Positions 1 through 9,394 of a stretch of 32,000 bases of DNA are shown here, in pieces (the stretch's first letter is position 1; each line of letters begins with the position of its first letter). The DNA is taken from contig JAKSVZ010000004.1 in the NCBI GenBank assembly GCA_024407725.1, positions 1 to 32,000 on the forward strand, read 5' to 3'. Under the pieces are notes generated by a model. That model worked only from the letters and a program-made list of their open reading frames with translations, did not search any database and was not told the origin of the DNA. The stretch is from Opitutales bacterium. Lineage in GTDB: Bacteria > Verrucomicrobiota > Verrucomicrobiia > Opitutales > UBA9783. The position numbers were made by a program, and so were the translations under genes.

Positions 1-465
1 GCGTCTGTAACGGCAGTATCGACCACTCAAGAAGAAGTTGGAACGCGCGGAGCTATTACCGCTGCTTACGCAACCGATGCGGATGTAGGTATTGCGGTAG
101 ATGTAGGGCATGCAACGGATTTCCCTGATGGCGACAGTAACCGTTTAGGCGAATTCAAATTGGGTGCAGGACCGATCATTGCCCGCGGCCCCAATATTTG
201 TCCGTTGGTATTTGAGCGCTTAGAAGCGTGTGCCAAAGCCTTAAAGATTCCTTATCAGATTGAGGCCGAATCAGGCCCAACCGGTACCGACGCACGATCC
301 ATTCAAATGGCGCGCGCAGGTGTTGCAACCGGCTTGGTCAGTATTCCCTTGCGCTACATGCACACCCCGCATGAATTAGCAAGTTTGAAGGATATTGAAT
401 GGACCGTACAGCTTTTGACGGCGTACATAAAATCCTTAAAAGCAAGCGACCGATTCGTTTGGTAA
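1..465 (+). CDS. M42 family metallopeptidase (FrvX/YsdC-like), 5'-truncated by the window edge
   Basis: Frame 1 is open from base 1, so the listed 160..465 ORF is only the tail of a longer CDS. The translation (TTQEEVGTRGAITAAY, DVGIAVDVGHATDFPD, LGAGPIIARGPN, IPLRYMHTPHE) fits the conserved metal-ligand and C-terminal blocks of M42 peptidases as I recall them. Confidence 0.7.
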   Translation, partial: ASVTAVSTTQEEVGTRGAITAAYATDADVGIAVDVGHATDFPDGDSNRLGEFKLGAGPIIARGPNICPLVFERLEACAKALKIPYQIEAESGPTGTDARSIQMARAGVATGLVSIPLRYMHTPHELASLKDIEWTVQLLTAYIKSLKASDRFVW

Positions 466-478
466 ATTTTAAAAACTC

Positions 479-2056
479 ATGTTAAGCGCGATTCAAAAGT
501 TTCTGGAGCGTAACCGCCGGTGGTTATTTGTATTCCTGTTGATTGTGATTGTAGTTCCCTTCGTATTTACAATCGGCAATGCTCCGGGATTAAGCGGTGG
601 ACACAAAACAAAAAACCTTAAGGTGTTCAATTACGATTTGAGCGACCGTAAGGATTTACAAGAGCAGGCAGTGCGCAGCATGCAAAGCCTGATTTTACAA
701 GGGGAATCAGAAGATAGAGCTTGGCAGGCTGCTACCTCGGGTTATCTCTTTTACCGCCTCTGGCTGTTAAGTTTAGCGCAAAACTTACGGCTTCCAGAAC
801 CTAATGAGGAGCAACTGCAAGCGTTCATCAGAACCCGCAAACGCTTTTTGAACGAACAGGGAGAATTTCAGGCCGATTTATACAATGCATTTTTGAAGGC
901 ATGGACGATGCCCTTCTTGCTCAAATCCCTCATGATTGAGGATTATCAATGCGAGCAAATGCAATCCGCATTGGAGGGCGTGGGAAGCCTGTTGCCGGGA
1001 GAAGCAGAACAGGCCTATCGTACGATCAAAACCACTTATGATCTGGATTATTGGGTCGTAGAAAACAAAGAGCAAGTACCCGAAGCGGTCAGCGACGCAG
1101 ACCTACAAGCCTATTTCCAAAAGCATTCAGAAGCTTTTCGGGTGCCTCAAAAAGCAGACGTAACGCTGTTGGTATTTAACAACCATCACTACCGCTCGCA
1201 ATTACCTACGCCATCGGATGCAGCCTTAAAAAGCTATTTAAATCAACATAGCGAAGCGTTTAAGGTCAATGGAACGCTGCCGGATTTTGAAAGCATTAAA
1301 AGCAAAATTAAAACTGCTTGGGAAAGCGAACAACTCAAGCAATTAGCAGGAGCTGCCGCTAATCAATTAGCCACCCAAGTCTATGATCAATCGCTTACCT
1401 TAGGAAGCGCTGCGTGGAAGCAATTGATTCAAAGTTATGGGGTTCAATGCGTGGCTATTGCGCCTTATGCACAAACGGATGATCCCAAAAACCCACAAGT
1501 ATCCAAAGAGGTTCTATCGCATGCGTTTGATTTGAACCAAGAGCATTTTTTAAGCGACCCATTCCCGTTGAACGAAGGAGTTGGTTTGTTGGTTTTGAAC
1601 AAATTTATTCCTTCTTATATCCCAGATTTATCCTCTGTTCGACCCTCGGTGTTAGCAGCTATCAAAAAGGATAAAAAACAGGAGCTATTTGCCCAAAAAA
1701 TCGTTCAAATTAAACACCTGCTTAACACGAAGCCAAAAGCAAAAACTATGCATGTGGAGTCCATTGCGCTATCGATTGAGCATATGAATTTCCAATCCTT
1801 ATCCAAGGTGTTATCCCGCGAAGGACTATTGCAGCTTCTCAACGACCTAGGGTATTTCAAAAACAATCAATGGTTCGGAGCATATGCCGGTGCAGGAGAT
1901 TCCGTTGTGTTTTTCTTCTGTAAAAACAAAATAGCTCCGCAAGACTTTGCAAAAAGTGCTGAATTTAAGGCCTTTTCAAGCCGTTTGTTGGCAGAACGCA
2001 AGCAAGTACAAAGCCAAGCCGTTGCACAGGAATTGATTGCAGCAGAAATTAACTAG
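479..2056 (+). CDS. PpiD/SurA_N-like membrane-anchored periplasmic chaperone
   Basis: The N-terminus MLSAIQKFLERNRRWLFVFLLIVIVVPFVFTIG is a short tail plus a single TM anchor, typical of PpiD. Two similar segments (LQAYFQKHSEAFRVP and LKSYLNQHSEAFKVN) resemble the chaperone region. I see no clear parvulin signature, so PPIase activity is not asserted. Confidence 0.5.
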   Translation: MLSAIQKFLERNRRWLFVFLLIVIVVPFVFTIGNAPGLSGGHKTKNLKVFNYDLSDRKDLQEQAVRSMQSLILQGESEDRAWQAATSGYLFYRLWLLSLAQNLRLPEPNEEQLQAFIRTRKRFLNEQGEFQADLYNAFLKAWTMPFLLKSLMIEDYQCEQMQSALEGVGSLLPGEAEQAYRTIKTTYDLDYWVVENKEQVPEAVSDADLQAYFQKHSEAFRVPQKADVTLLVFNNHHYRSQLPTPSDAALKSYLNQHSEAFKVNGTLPDFESIKSKIKTAWESEQLKQLAGAAANQLATQVYDQSLTLGSAAWKQLIQSYGVQCVAIAPYAQTDDPKNPQVSKEVLSHAFDLNQEHFLSDPFPLNEGVGLLVLNKFIPSYIPDLSSVRPSVLAAIKKDKKQELFAQKIVQIKHLLNTKPKAKTMHVESIALSIEHMNFQSLSKVLSREGLLQLLNDLGYFKNNQWFGAYAGAGDSVVFFFCKNKIAPQDFAKSAEFKAFSSRLLAERKQVQSQAVAQELIAAEIN

Positions 2057-2071
2057 CCTATCCTTTGAGCA

Positions 2072-2539
2072 ATGGAAAGGCACACGCATTGGATTTTCGA
2101 CGGCTATAATGTCATGCATGCGCTCAAGAAAATCCCCAAGGAGCTATCGTTCGAATTAGCTCGAGAGCAATTCATTGCGTGGCTTAGCCCCTTTGCAGCA
2201 GACGGGAAACAAGTAACGGTGGTGTTTGACGCCCACCTACCGTCTGGAGCACCCGATGGGGTTCATCGTATACGAGTATTATTCAGCACACCGAGCGTTA
2301 ATGCTGATGGCCTTATCCTCAATTTGGTACGCCAAGCCGCTCGTTCCCATTCATCCTTAACGGTTGTAACCAATGATTTACTCTTAAGAGATACGCTTTT
2401 TAACTACCATTGCTGCGTACTATCTGCCGAATCCTTTTTAAATGAATGGAGGCAAGCGTCCTCCGCATCCCATCCGTCAGCATCGCCAAAAACCAAGCGC
2501 TTTTATCGCCCCTTTAACGACTTGCTAACAAACGAGTAG
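2072..2539 (+). CDS. YacP/Rae1-like NYN-domain (DUF901) predicted ribonuclease
   Basis: The pattern WIFDGYNVMH ... KQVTVVFDA ... NADGLILNLV matches the YacP-type NYN domain layout. The size (155 aa) is typical. Confidence 0.6.
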   Translation: MERHTHWIFDGYNVMHALKKIPKELSFELAREQFIAWLSPFAADGKQVTVVFDAHLPSGAPDGVHRIRVLFSTPSVNADGLILNLVRQAARSHSSLTVVTNDLLLRDTLFNYHCCVLSAESFLNEWRQASSASHPSASPKTKRFYRPFNDLLTNE

Positions 2540-2545
2540 TCATGA

Positions 2546-3394
2546 TTAAAAAGTACGCCCCAATCCAAAATACACTTGATTGGAATACAGATTAGCTATT
2601 TTCGGCATTTCTTGTCCGTAACATTTTGCTCCAACCGCCTGATCCAAACTAATATGACGGAAACCAATCTCAAATAACATTTTATATTTTTCTGCCCGAC
2701 AAAAGAGGGTAATATTGCTCAATACCGCACCGGTATGCACGTACTTACGGGCAAAAAAGTTCATGCACAAAAAACGTGCACGTCCAAAACTCCACATACC
2801 AACCTCTAAAGTAGTGAATTTGGTACAGACATAAGCGCCACCGATACCGCAACCGATACCAGCAGATAACCAATCCAAGAGATACTGTTCCCAATAGAAA
2901 TTGGCCTGTAAGCCCAAAATCCGTTGATTTTTAAGATATAAAGCCTTTCCCAGCAATAACTCATGTTCATCTTCAAACTGTCGATAAACTACCGCACAAA
3001 ACTCCGGACATATTATTTGCCCTACACCAGCGATATTCCTAGACTTACCTCTATCGGGCTCATCAAAATTGGCATAACAACCTAAGGTTTCTAACTCCAA
3101 ACCTAAACAGCCGCTATCACACACATCATCAAGCCGCCAACCTAAAGCCACCGATAGATTGTAAGGATCCTTATACTTAAAGGCACCTGGCGTACAAAGA
3201 TCACCGACGCGAATCAAAATATCTCCTTTAATCCTATTCCAATGCTGTACGTCTTCCCGAGTAATTCCTTTGCAACACTCATCAACATTATCCCCTTTTA
3301 ACTCTCCAAAGCCAGAACGAACCATAACGTAGGTTCCATGGCAATAAACAGTACTTAAAGTTAGGGCTAATAAAGCTACCGTCTTGTTCCACAT
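2546..3394 (-). CDS. Putative beta-barrel outer-membrane protein, Cys-rich paralog 1 of a 3-member family in this window
   Basis: It has an N-terminal signal-like segment (MWNKTVALLALTLSTVYC) and a C-terminal ...FGLGRTF ending in Phe, typical of OMP beta-signals. It shares the blocks YVMVRSGFGELK, NQRI.G.QANFYWEQYLLDWLSAGIG.GIGGAYVCTKF and RAEK...LFE.G.RHI with 12555..13505 and 29611..30597. It contains 14 Cys. Confidence 0.7.
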   Translation of the reverse strand: MWNKTVALLALTLSTVYCHGTYVMVRSGFGELKGDNVDECCKGITREDVQHWNRIKGDILIRVGDLCTPGAFKYKDPYNLSVALGWRLDDVCDSGCLGLELETLGCYANFDEPDRGKSRNIAGVGQIICPEFCAVVYRQFEDEHELLLGKALYLKNQRILGLQANFYWEQYLLDWLSAGIGCGIGGAYVCTKFTTLEVGMWSFGRARFLCMNFFARKYVHTGAVLSNITLFCRAEKYKMLFEIGFRHISLDQAVGAKCYGQEMPKIANLYSNQVYFGLGRTF

Positions 3395-3420
3395 AAAATT
3401 ATCCTAGTAAGGATAATTTT
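3395..3420 (-). promoter_or_regulatory. Perfect 11-bp stem / 4-nt loop hairpin abutting the start codon and containing the Shine-Dalgarno of OMP paralog 1
   Basis: The plus strand reads aaaattatcct-agta-aggataatttt. In mRNA sense it reads AAAAUUAUCCU-UACU-AGGAUAAUUUU-AUG. The AGGA (SD) lies in the 3' arm, and the stem ends at the base before AUG. Confidence 0.5.
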
Positions 3421-3444
3421 AATGGAATTTTGCTGAAATCGCAA
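3416..3444 (-). promoter_or_regulatory. Candidate sigma-70-type promoter for OMP paralog 1
   Basis: The minus-sense sequence is TTGCGA-(17 nt tttcagcaaaattccat)-TAAAAT. The -10 overlaps the 5' arm of the leader hairpin. The -35 and spacer sequence recurs upstream of paralog 3 (29528..29549). Confidence 0.4.
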
Positions 3445-3450
3445 CAGGAC

Positions 3451-5334
3451 TTATGAATGGTTTTTCTCAATCCAAGCGCTACAGGCATCTCCGACTGTGG
3501 TGGGCGATAAATCTTGCATGGTAAGATTGGGGGATTGAGCGCAATAAGTTGCCCCATTAAAGAATGGTCCGCCCCATTGAGGATCTGTGGGCCCAAACAA
3601 CACAAAGGTTGGAACACCTAAAAAGTTGCTGATATGCGCGCCACCGGAATCATTACCGATCACAAAATCGCAGGATAAGAGCGTTTGTTCCAAGGTTTCA
3701 AAGGTCGTACTGCCGGTTAAATCCTGAACGCGTCCTAAGGAGCCAACGGCTTGCATAATAGCCTGTCCCATTGCACGCTCATTTTCCATCCCCAATAACA
3801 CACACTGGGCGTTCGGATAATGCTCTAATAAGCGCTTAATCAGGGCTTGCCAATGAGCAATCGGCCAACGTTTTTCATTCGTATTGGCTGAACCATAAAA
3901 GCAAGCAAAGCGGTTAATCGCCCCTAGCTTTTTCGCAGGATAATACGGTTCGTTAGAAAGCGCTTCGGTTAACCCAAAATGATGCATAAAACGGTACCAT
4001 AAGCGCGTTTGGTGTTCGCCTGGAGTTGGGCAACCGGGATAAGTATGCGTCAATAACCAACGACTGTGGTTTTTTTGCAATCCGAAGCGTTGAAAGGCGC
4101 CCGAACAAAAAGCTTCAATATCGCTGCGAATTGAGTTGGTAAAGTTGATCCAAACATCCGGATAGGTCGAACGGATACGGAAGAAACATTTCCAGTACTC
4201 AAGGCCTTTCTTTTGAGGCAAGCAATGGATTGCATCAAACGGGAAATAGCGCTGGATAAAGGGTGCCAACGAGGGTTTAACCACCGCATGGAGATAAAAA
4301 TCCGGCCGTGCTTTACGCAAAGCGGTTAAAACGGGATAGGCCATAACGCAATCCCCTAACCAATTGGGAAGACGAACCCATACGGGAATCCGTCGAGGCA
4401 GCTGCTCCCATTGAAAATAATGGAGCGTTTCAGGCAAACAGTTGCGTTTTTGGTTGATTTGGAAGCGGTATTCAGGTTTACATTGGGTTTTCCAACGACG
4501 ATGCAGCCAAAGCCAATTTTCGTAAAATTCCGGCTCGGTATGCAGTTTGTGTTCCAACCAACGGTTAGCATTCAGTAAGCAAGACAAAGGAGCTTCCGAC
4601 GGAACCAATTCTTCAATACATAAGTGTGTGCGCAAAAAACCGGTGCGTTTGGGGTAAACCAACAAGGTATCTGCATGAAATTTATGAACCAGCAGATCCG
4701 GTAAGGGTGTGCTGGACGCCAATCGTTCGCAAAAGGTCGTTAAACAGCCTGCATCACCTGCTGATTGGTCAAAGAAGATACAAACTACCCCTTTTTTGTC
4801 CAATACAGCTTCTAGGGGTGCAATTCCTTCTTTGCGGTTAACCAGATGGATACCGAAGCGCTCGCGTAAGGCTTGCATGGTCTGGGTTAATGCTTTACGG
4901 CGAAACGAACGGTAGAACAGCACTGTTTTCGGAAACACCTTTGAACCGCACGGCATGTACAGCATGGTTTCCATTAAATTCAAATGCGGCAGTAGGACAA
5001 CGGTCGGATGAGGGTTATTTTTGAGGTTTTCAATCGTCCTAACTAAATTTTGTGAAAGACTAATATGGCGTTTAATTTGTGTTTCAGTCCACCCAGAAGC
5101 CGCAAAGAAAAGCCATGCGGTTTCCACCCACCGGCCACAGTTAATCTTGGCTATATGACGGTACCATTGATCGCTTTTACCGGGAAAAACAATGGATAAA
5201 TTTTGCAGCAGAATGCGTCGGCGCTTCCCTAAGGTATAATAAACACCCCAACCTAAAAACCGACAAATTTTGTTGCCTATGGGTTCGGGTATTCGGTTAA
5301 GGACACGACTAATTCCTAGGATAAGCCATTTCAT
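3451..5334 (-). CDS. Fusion protein: lipid A late acyltransferase (LpxL/HtrB family, N-terminal ~285 aa) plus GT9 heptosyltransferase-like glycosyltransferase (C-terminal ~310 aa)
   Basis: The N-terminal domain has HX4E (LPHLNLME) and ends with ENWLWLHRRWKT, the usual C-terminus of the LpxL family. The C-terminal domain has RLPNWLGDCVMAYPVL and GNDSGGAHISNFLGVPTFVLFGPTDP, both typical of GT9. It is a single uninterrupted 627-aa ORF. Confidence 0.8.
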   Translation of the reverse strand: MKWLILGISRVLNRIPEPIGNKICRFLGWGVYYTLGKRRRILLQNLSIVFPGKSDQWYRHIAKINCGRWVETAWLFFAASGWTETQIKRHISLSQNLVRTIENLKNNPHPTVVLLPHLNLMETMLYMPCGSKVFPKTVLFYRSFRRKALTQTMQALRERFGIHLVNRKEGIAPLEAVLDKKGVVCIFFDQSAGDAGCLTTFCERLASSTPLPDLLVHKFHADTLLVYPKRTGFLRTHLCIEELVPSEAPLSCLLNANRWLEHKLHTEPEFYENWLWLHRRWKTQCKPEYRFQINQKRNCLPETLHYFQWEQLPRRIPVWVRLPNWLGDCVMAYPVLTALRKARPDFYLHAVVKPSLAPFIQRYFPFDAIHCLPQKKGLEYWKCFFRIRSTYPDVWINFTNSIRSDIEAFCSGAFQRFGLQKNHSRWLLTHTYPGCPTPGEHQTRLWYRFMHHFGLTEALSNEPYYPAKKLGAINRFACFYGSANTNEKRWPIAHWQALIKRLLEHYPNAQCVLLGMENERAMGQAIMQAVGSLGRVQDLTGSTTFETLEQTLLSCDFVIGNDSGGAHISNFLGVPTFVLFGPTDPQWGGPFFNGATYCAQSPNLTMQDLSPTTVGDACSAWIEKNHS

Positions 5335-5936
5335 TCTTCAGGAGTCATTGAGTAATCGTTATAATCAACCTGTCCCCCCAGCGCCTTAATGTCATTTAAG
5401 CATGCTTGTTGCTCACGACGTTCTGCTTTAGAAAGATGGTCAATAAACAAAACTCCATTTAAATGGTCGCATTCATGTTGAATGCATCGAGCCAGCAAAT
5501 CATTACAACGAAGCGTATGCAGCTGCCCTTCCAAATCCTGATAATCGAGGCTAATTTCAAAAAAACGTTTAACGGTACCCCGTGCGTTGGGCAAGGACAA
5601 GCATCCCTCTTCTTTTGCGTCTTGAATATCGCTTAACGGAGTATAGCTGGGATTTACCAACACAAGCGGTTGAATCAATGTTAATGGAACCGTACGATCA
5701 TCCAAGGTAACGGGATCGTTATTATCCTTCTGTTGCAAATCAATAACAATTAGCTGTATCAATTGTCCTTCTTGAGGAGCAGCCAATCCAATTCCGTTAG
5801 CGATATACATTTTACGCAACATCTCTTTAGCCTTACTAGCTAATGACGAATTAAACTGGGTTACCTTTTGCGCTCGTTTGCGCAAAATGGGATTCCCATA
5901 GGTACAAATAACGGCTGATTTTGAATCAACGTTCAT
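5331..5936 (-). CDS. def: Peptide deformylase
   Basis: All three deformylase motifs are present: GIGLAAPQ, EGCLSLP and HECDHLNG. There are 4-bp overlaps with both neighbours. Confidence 0.92.
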   Translation of the reverse strand: MNVDSKSAVICTYGNPILRKRAQKVTQFNSSLASKAKEMLRKMYIANGIGLAAPQEGQLIQLIVIDLQQKDNNDPVTLDDRTVPLTLIQPLVLVNPSYTPLSDIQDAKEEGCLSLPNARGTVKRFFEISLDYQDLEGQLHTLRCNDLLARCIQHECDHLNGVLFIDHLSKAERREQQACLNDIKALGGQVDYNDYSMTPEE

Positions 5937-7957
5937 AAGGGATGTGCATCATCAGCTGCAGCCGCAGGAACTTCCTTTTCAACGGGTTGGAGGGTTTGCA
6001 ACAACGGGGTCTCATCCAAGGTTCCCGTGTTAACAATTTCGTACACGTATTGCCCATCCAACGTTTCATACTTTTGAAGCATGGAAGCCAATAATTCTAA
6101 TTCTTTCTGATGATCCTTCAAAATCTGGGAAGCCCGTTGATATTGCTCTTGAATGATATGAGCAATCTGATAATCAATTTTCTGCGCCGTTTGCTCGCTG
6201 TAATTGGCATGGCTCACCTCCGTGGATATGAACGTATAATCAGGCTTAATTTCGAAGCATACAGGGCCTAATTCGCTCATTCCCCAATCGCATACCATAT
6301 GACGCGCTAACGCAGTTGCATTTTGAATATCCGATGAAGCGCCGCTGCTGGGCTCTTGAAAGATCAATTCTTCAGCAATACGCCCACCCATAGCACAACA
6401 AATTTGTCCCAACAGATAGGTTTTGGAATAATTTAAAATATCTTTGGCGGGCAACATCATGGTGCTTCCCAAGCTACGGCCACGCGGAACAATCGTCACC
6501 TTATGAACCGGCATTAAGTGGGTTGTATCGACAATCGCTTGCACAATTGCATGACCCGCTTCATGAAAGGCTGTTAGCTTCTTATCCTTATCATCCATCA
6601 ACTTTTTACGTTCACGGCCAAAGGAAATCTTATCGCGCGCTTCACTTAAATCGCTCAGTTCTACCGATTTATGATCCCGACGGGTTGCTAACAAAGCAGC
6701 TTCATTCAACAAATTCGCCAGATCAGCACCTGAATAACCCGAGGTATTACGCGCAACAATCTTTAAATCAACCGTTGGGTGCAGCTTAATCTTTTTGGCA
6801 TGTACCTCCAAAATAGATTGGCGACCATTGATATCAGGCAAATCCAATACAATTTGGCGGTCAAAGCGTCCGGGACGCAACAAGGCGTTATCCAAAACAT
6901 CCGGTCGGTTGGTAGCAGCGACAATAATAATTCCATCACGCGACTCAAAACCATCCATTTCTACCAACAAGGCATTCAAGGTTTGCTCACGCTCATCGTT
7001 GCCTCCGCCCAATCCGGTTCCACGCTTCCGACCAACCGCATCAATTTCATCGATAAATAACAAACATGGGCTGTTTTGCTTTGCCTGTTCGAACATATCG
7101 CGTACACGCGAAGCACCTACACCCACAAACATTTCAACAAAATCAGAACCGCTGATGCTAAAAAATGGCACATTGGCTTCTCCGGCAATCGCTTTTGCCA
7201 GTAAGGTTTTACCGGTTCCCGGATTCCCTACCATCAAACAACCTTTGGGAATACGTCCTCCGATTTCCTCAAAACGCTTTGGATTTTTCAAGAAATCGAT
7301 GATCTCCTGAACCTCTTCCTTAGCCTCATCGCACCCTGCAACATCCTTAAAGGTTACCCGCTTCTTATCTTCTTGCAATAAGCGCGCGCGGCTACGACCA
7401 AAGTTCATCGCTCCTCTGCCGGCAATCCGGATTTGGCGCATGAACATAAAATAGACAAATAAGAGAACAATGATAAACGGAACGGTACTGCTGATTAACG
7501 AGGACCAAAACGAACCAGATGGCTTCTCGTGAACCGGAAATGCAAAGCTACCGTCGGTCAATTGAGTAAAACGCGCTTCGGTTAAACGCCCAACCGCTTC
7601 AAATTTATCCGGAATAACGCTTGCCGTTTTTTTCTTCAAAAACGAATGCTGATGCCAATTAGGGTTGTTGTTGATCAAAGTCGATAATGCAGCGCTATCC
7701 TTTTTCAAAGACCCACGCACGCAATACCATTGGGGTCCCCCTGCTTCTACCGCCTGAATATCTATGGACTCAACCAAATGAGCTTTTGCCAAATCAAACA
7801 GTTGGTTGATAGAAATATGCAAACAACCATCCGGTTTAATCGCTATGGTATTAAGCCCTAATAAAAATAATAGGAGAAAAAACCAAAGAAGAAAACTGCT
7901 CCCTTGAATGCTTTTATGGAATAAAGGGCCTTTTGAATGCTGCTTTTTTTGCTTCAC
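5933..7957 (-). CDS. ftsH: ATP-dependent zinc metalloprotease FtsH
   Basis: Walker A is [13 protein letters not shown] and Walker B is LLFIDEIDA. The SRH is [19 protein letters not shown] and the zinc site is HEAGHA. There are two N-terminal TM segments flanking a periplasmic domain. Confidence 0.96.
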   Translation of the reverse strand: MKQKKQHSKGPLFHKSIQGSSFLLWFFLLLFLLGLNTIAIKPDGCLHISINQLFDLAKAHLVESIDIQAVEAGGPQWYCVRGSLKKDSAALSTLINNNPNWHQHSFLKKKTASVIPDKFEAVGRLTEARFTQLTDGSFAFPVHEKPSGSFWSSLISSTVPFIIVLLFVYFMFMRQIRIAGRGAMNFGRSRARLLQEDKKRVTFKDVAGCDEAKEEVQEIIDFLKNPKRFEEIGGRIPKGCLMVGNPGTGKTLLAKAIAGEANVPFFSISGSDFVEMFVGVGASRVRDMFEQAKQNSPCLLFIDEIDAVGRKRGTGLGGGNDEREQTLNALLVEMDGFESRDGIIIVAATNRPDVLDNALLRPGRFDRQIVLDLPDINGRQSILEVHAKKIKLHPTVDLKIVARNTSGYSGADLANLLNEAALLATRRDHKSVELSDLSEARDKISFGRERKKLMDDKDKKLTAFHEAGHAIVQAIVDTTHLMPVHKVTIVPRGRSLGSTMMLPAKDILNYSKTYLLGQICCAMGGRIAEELIFQEPSSGASSDIQNATALARHMVCDWGMSELGPVCFEIKPDYTFISTEVSHANYSEQTAQKIDYQIAHIIQEQYQRASQILKDHQKELELLASMLQKYETLDGQYVYEIVNTGTLDETPLLQTLQPVEKEVPAAAADDAHPL

Positions 7958-7966
7958 GATAGTATT

Positions 7967-9394
7967 TTATATGAAATTATCTTTTTTATAAATTAAAAAA
8001 ACACAATATTTTGTTTTATCGCTGAGTTTAAAGCAATCCGCCGGTGGCAAGCCTGGTACCCACGCAATCCTTCCGTTACGATCGCAAAAAACAGGCAACG
8101 ACGGTTTGTCGCTCATTGTTCGCTTACTCAGCAGTTCTTTTACTTTTTTCTCCTGACGCGCTCCCAAGGGTTGATAACGATCCCCAGGCTGACGGCTACG
8201 CACCTGATAAGGTCCCCTAAAACACGCCGCATCTAAAAGCACCTCCTGTTGGTGGGAATCTTTTTTGTCTCCTACGGATGCATAAAGCTCAGGGGTACAG
8301 GGTTGTGTTTGACAGAAACACTGAGCACCGTTGGGTAAAAAAATAACGCCCTGATGAAAACAGCATTGGAATGGAGCCAAATCGGTTGGTTTTAGGGCTA
8401 AACGAAGCTGTTTTGGGGATAACGTCAGCTGATAGCGTGCATTGATAGCCAATGTACTTTGTTCGCAGGTCTGCAGGGCTTGAAACAACCAATCGGATTG
8501 TTGGAAGCAGATAGGTGCAATTGCGTGATAACTTAACCAAGTTTGTAAGAAATAGCGCAATTCGACCAAAGGTAAGGCTTGGATAGCAGCGCGATCAACG
8601 GTAGTGCGTGAAAAATCGCACGTTGAAAACTGGCATCGTAGATGGTTGGCTAAATAATCCCGCTCTTCCGACAAAATCTGGCATGAACGCGCAAAACCTT
8701 TACGCCAATCCGATGGACTAAACACGGCATCCATTTGGGACATCAACTGGTGGCGAATGCGATTGCGCAAACACCCATCTTGTGCATTGGTTTTATCCTC
8801 AAAAAAAGGAAGCTCGCATGCCTGACAGGCGTGCTTGATTTCAGCCTTAGAAAAGCCCAATAACGGCCGTAGTTGAGCATAATGCGTTAATGAACCGCTG
8901 GGGGTTTTGAAGGCAACGCAATGAACAGCCCGCGGAGCAATCAATCCCTCCAAGCTCACACCGCGCATCAAACGCATCCATACCGTTTCCAACGCATCAT
9001 CTTGGTGATGCCCCAACAGCAGGATTTGGCTTCCATAAGCCTGCAATTGTGCCTCAAAAAACGCAAAGCGTGCGGCGCGCAAATCCGCTTCTGTTGTACT
9101 TGCATGATCCTTACGATAGCCAACAACCATAGGGATATCCCATTGACGTGCCCAAGTGGTTAAGGCTTGCTCTTCGCCCTTGGATTCCGGACGGATGCGG
9201 TGATTGAAGTGCAAAAGGATACAGGGGCGATCAGGCCATAACAAGCGGACAAGCACCGCTGTGGCTCGCGAATCTGCTCCGCCCGAACAGGCAACACACA
9301 AAGGCCCTTCATGCGTAGCTATATACTGGCGAACGACCAAGGGAATACGTTCCGGAGATAAATACTGCGCTAAGCCTGAGGGGGGTAGACTCAT
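7967..9394 (-). CDS. tilS: tRNA(Ile)-lysidine synthase
   Basis: It has the PP-loop CVACSGGADS, LLLGHHQDDALET and a C-terminal GDRYQPLG...KKVKELL domain. It sits directly upstream of ftsH, a widely conserved adjacency. Confidence 0.9.
   Translation of the reverse strand: MSLPPSGLAQYLSPERIPLVVRQYIATHEGPLCVACSGGADSRATAVLVRLLWPDRPCILLHFNHRIRPESKGEEQALTTWARQWDIPMVVGYRKDHASTTEADLRAARFAFFEAQLQAYGSQILLLGHHQDDALETVWMRLMRGVSLEGLIAPRAVHCVAFKTPSGSLTHYAQLRPLLGFSKAEIKHACQACELPFFEDKTNAQDGCLRNRIRHQLMSQMDAVFSPSDWRKGFARSCQILSEERDYLANHLRCQFSTCDFSRTTVDRAAIQALPLVELRYFLQTWLSYHAIAPICFQQSDWLFQALQTCEQSTLAINARYQLTLSPKQLRLALKPTDLAPFQCCFHQGVIFLPNGAQCFCQTQPCTPELYASVGDKKDSHQQEVLLDAACFRGPYQVRSRQPGDRYQPLGARQEKKVKELLSKRTMSDKPSLPVFCDRNGRIAWVPGLPPADCFKLSDKTKYCVFLIYKKDNFI

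Noticed and set aside
3399-3617. 72-aa minus-strand ORF overlapping the 3' end of the LpxL-GT9 gene and the intergenic hairpin
   Set aside because: It is out of frame with a GT9 domain whose motifs (GNDSGGAH, FGPTDP) read through this region. It is Cys/Pro/Leu-rich with no start signals.
6523-7310. Three plus-strand ORFs (88, 93 and 171 aa) inside ftsH
   Set aside because: They are antisense to an unambiguous FtsH CDS carrying all catalytic motifs. The translations are low-complexity Ser/Pro/Arg-rich and have no start context.
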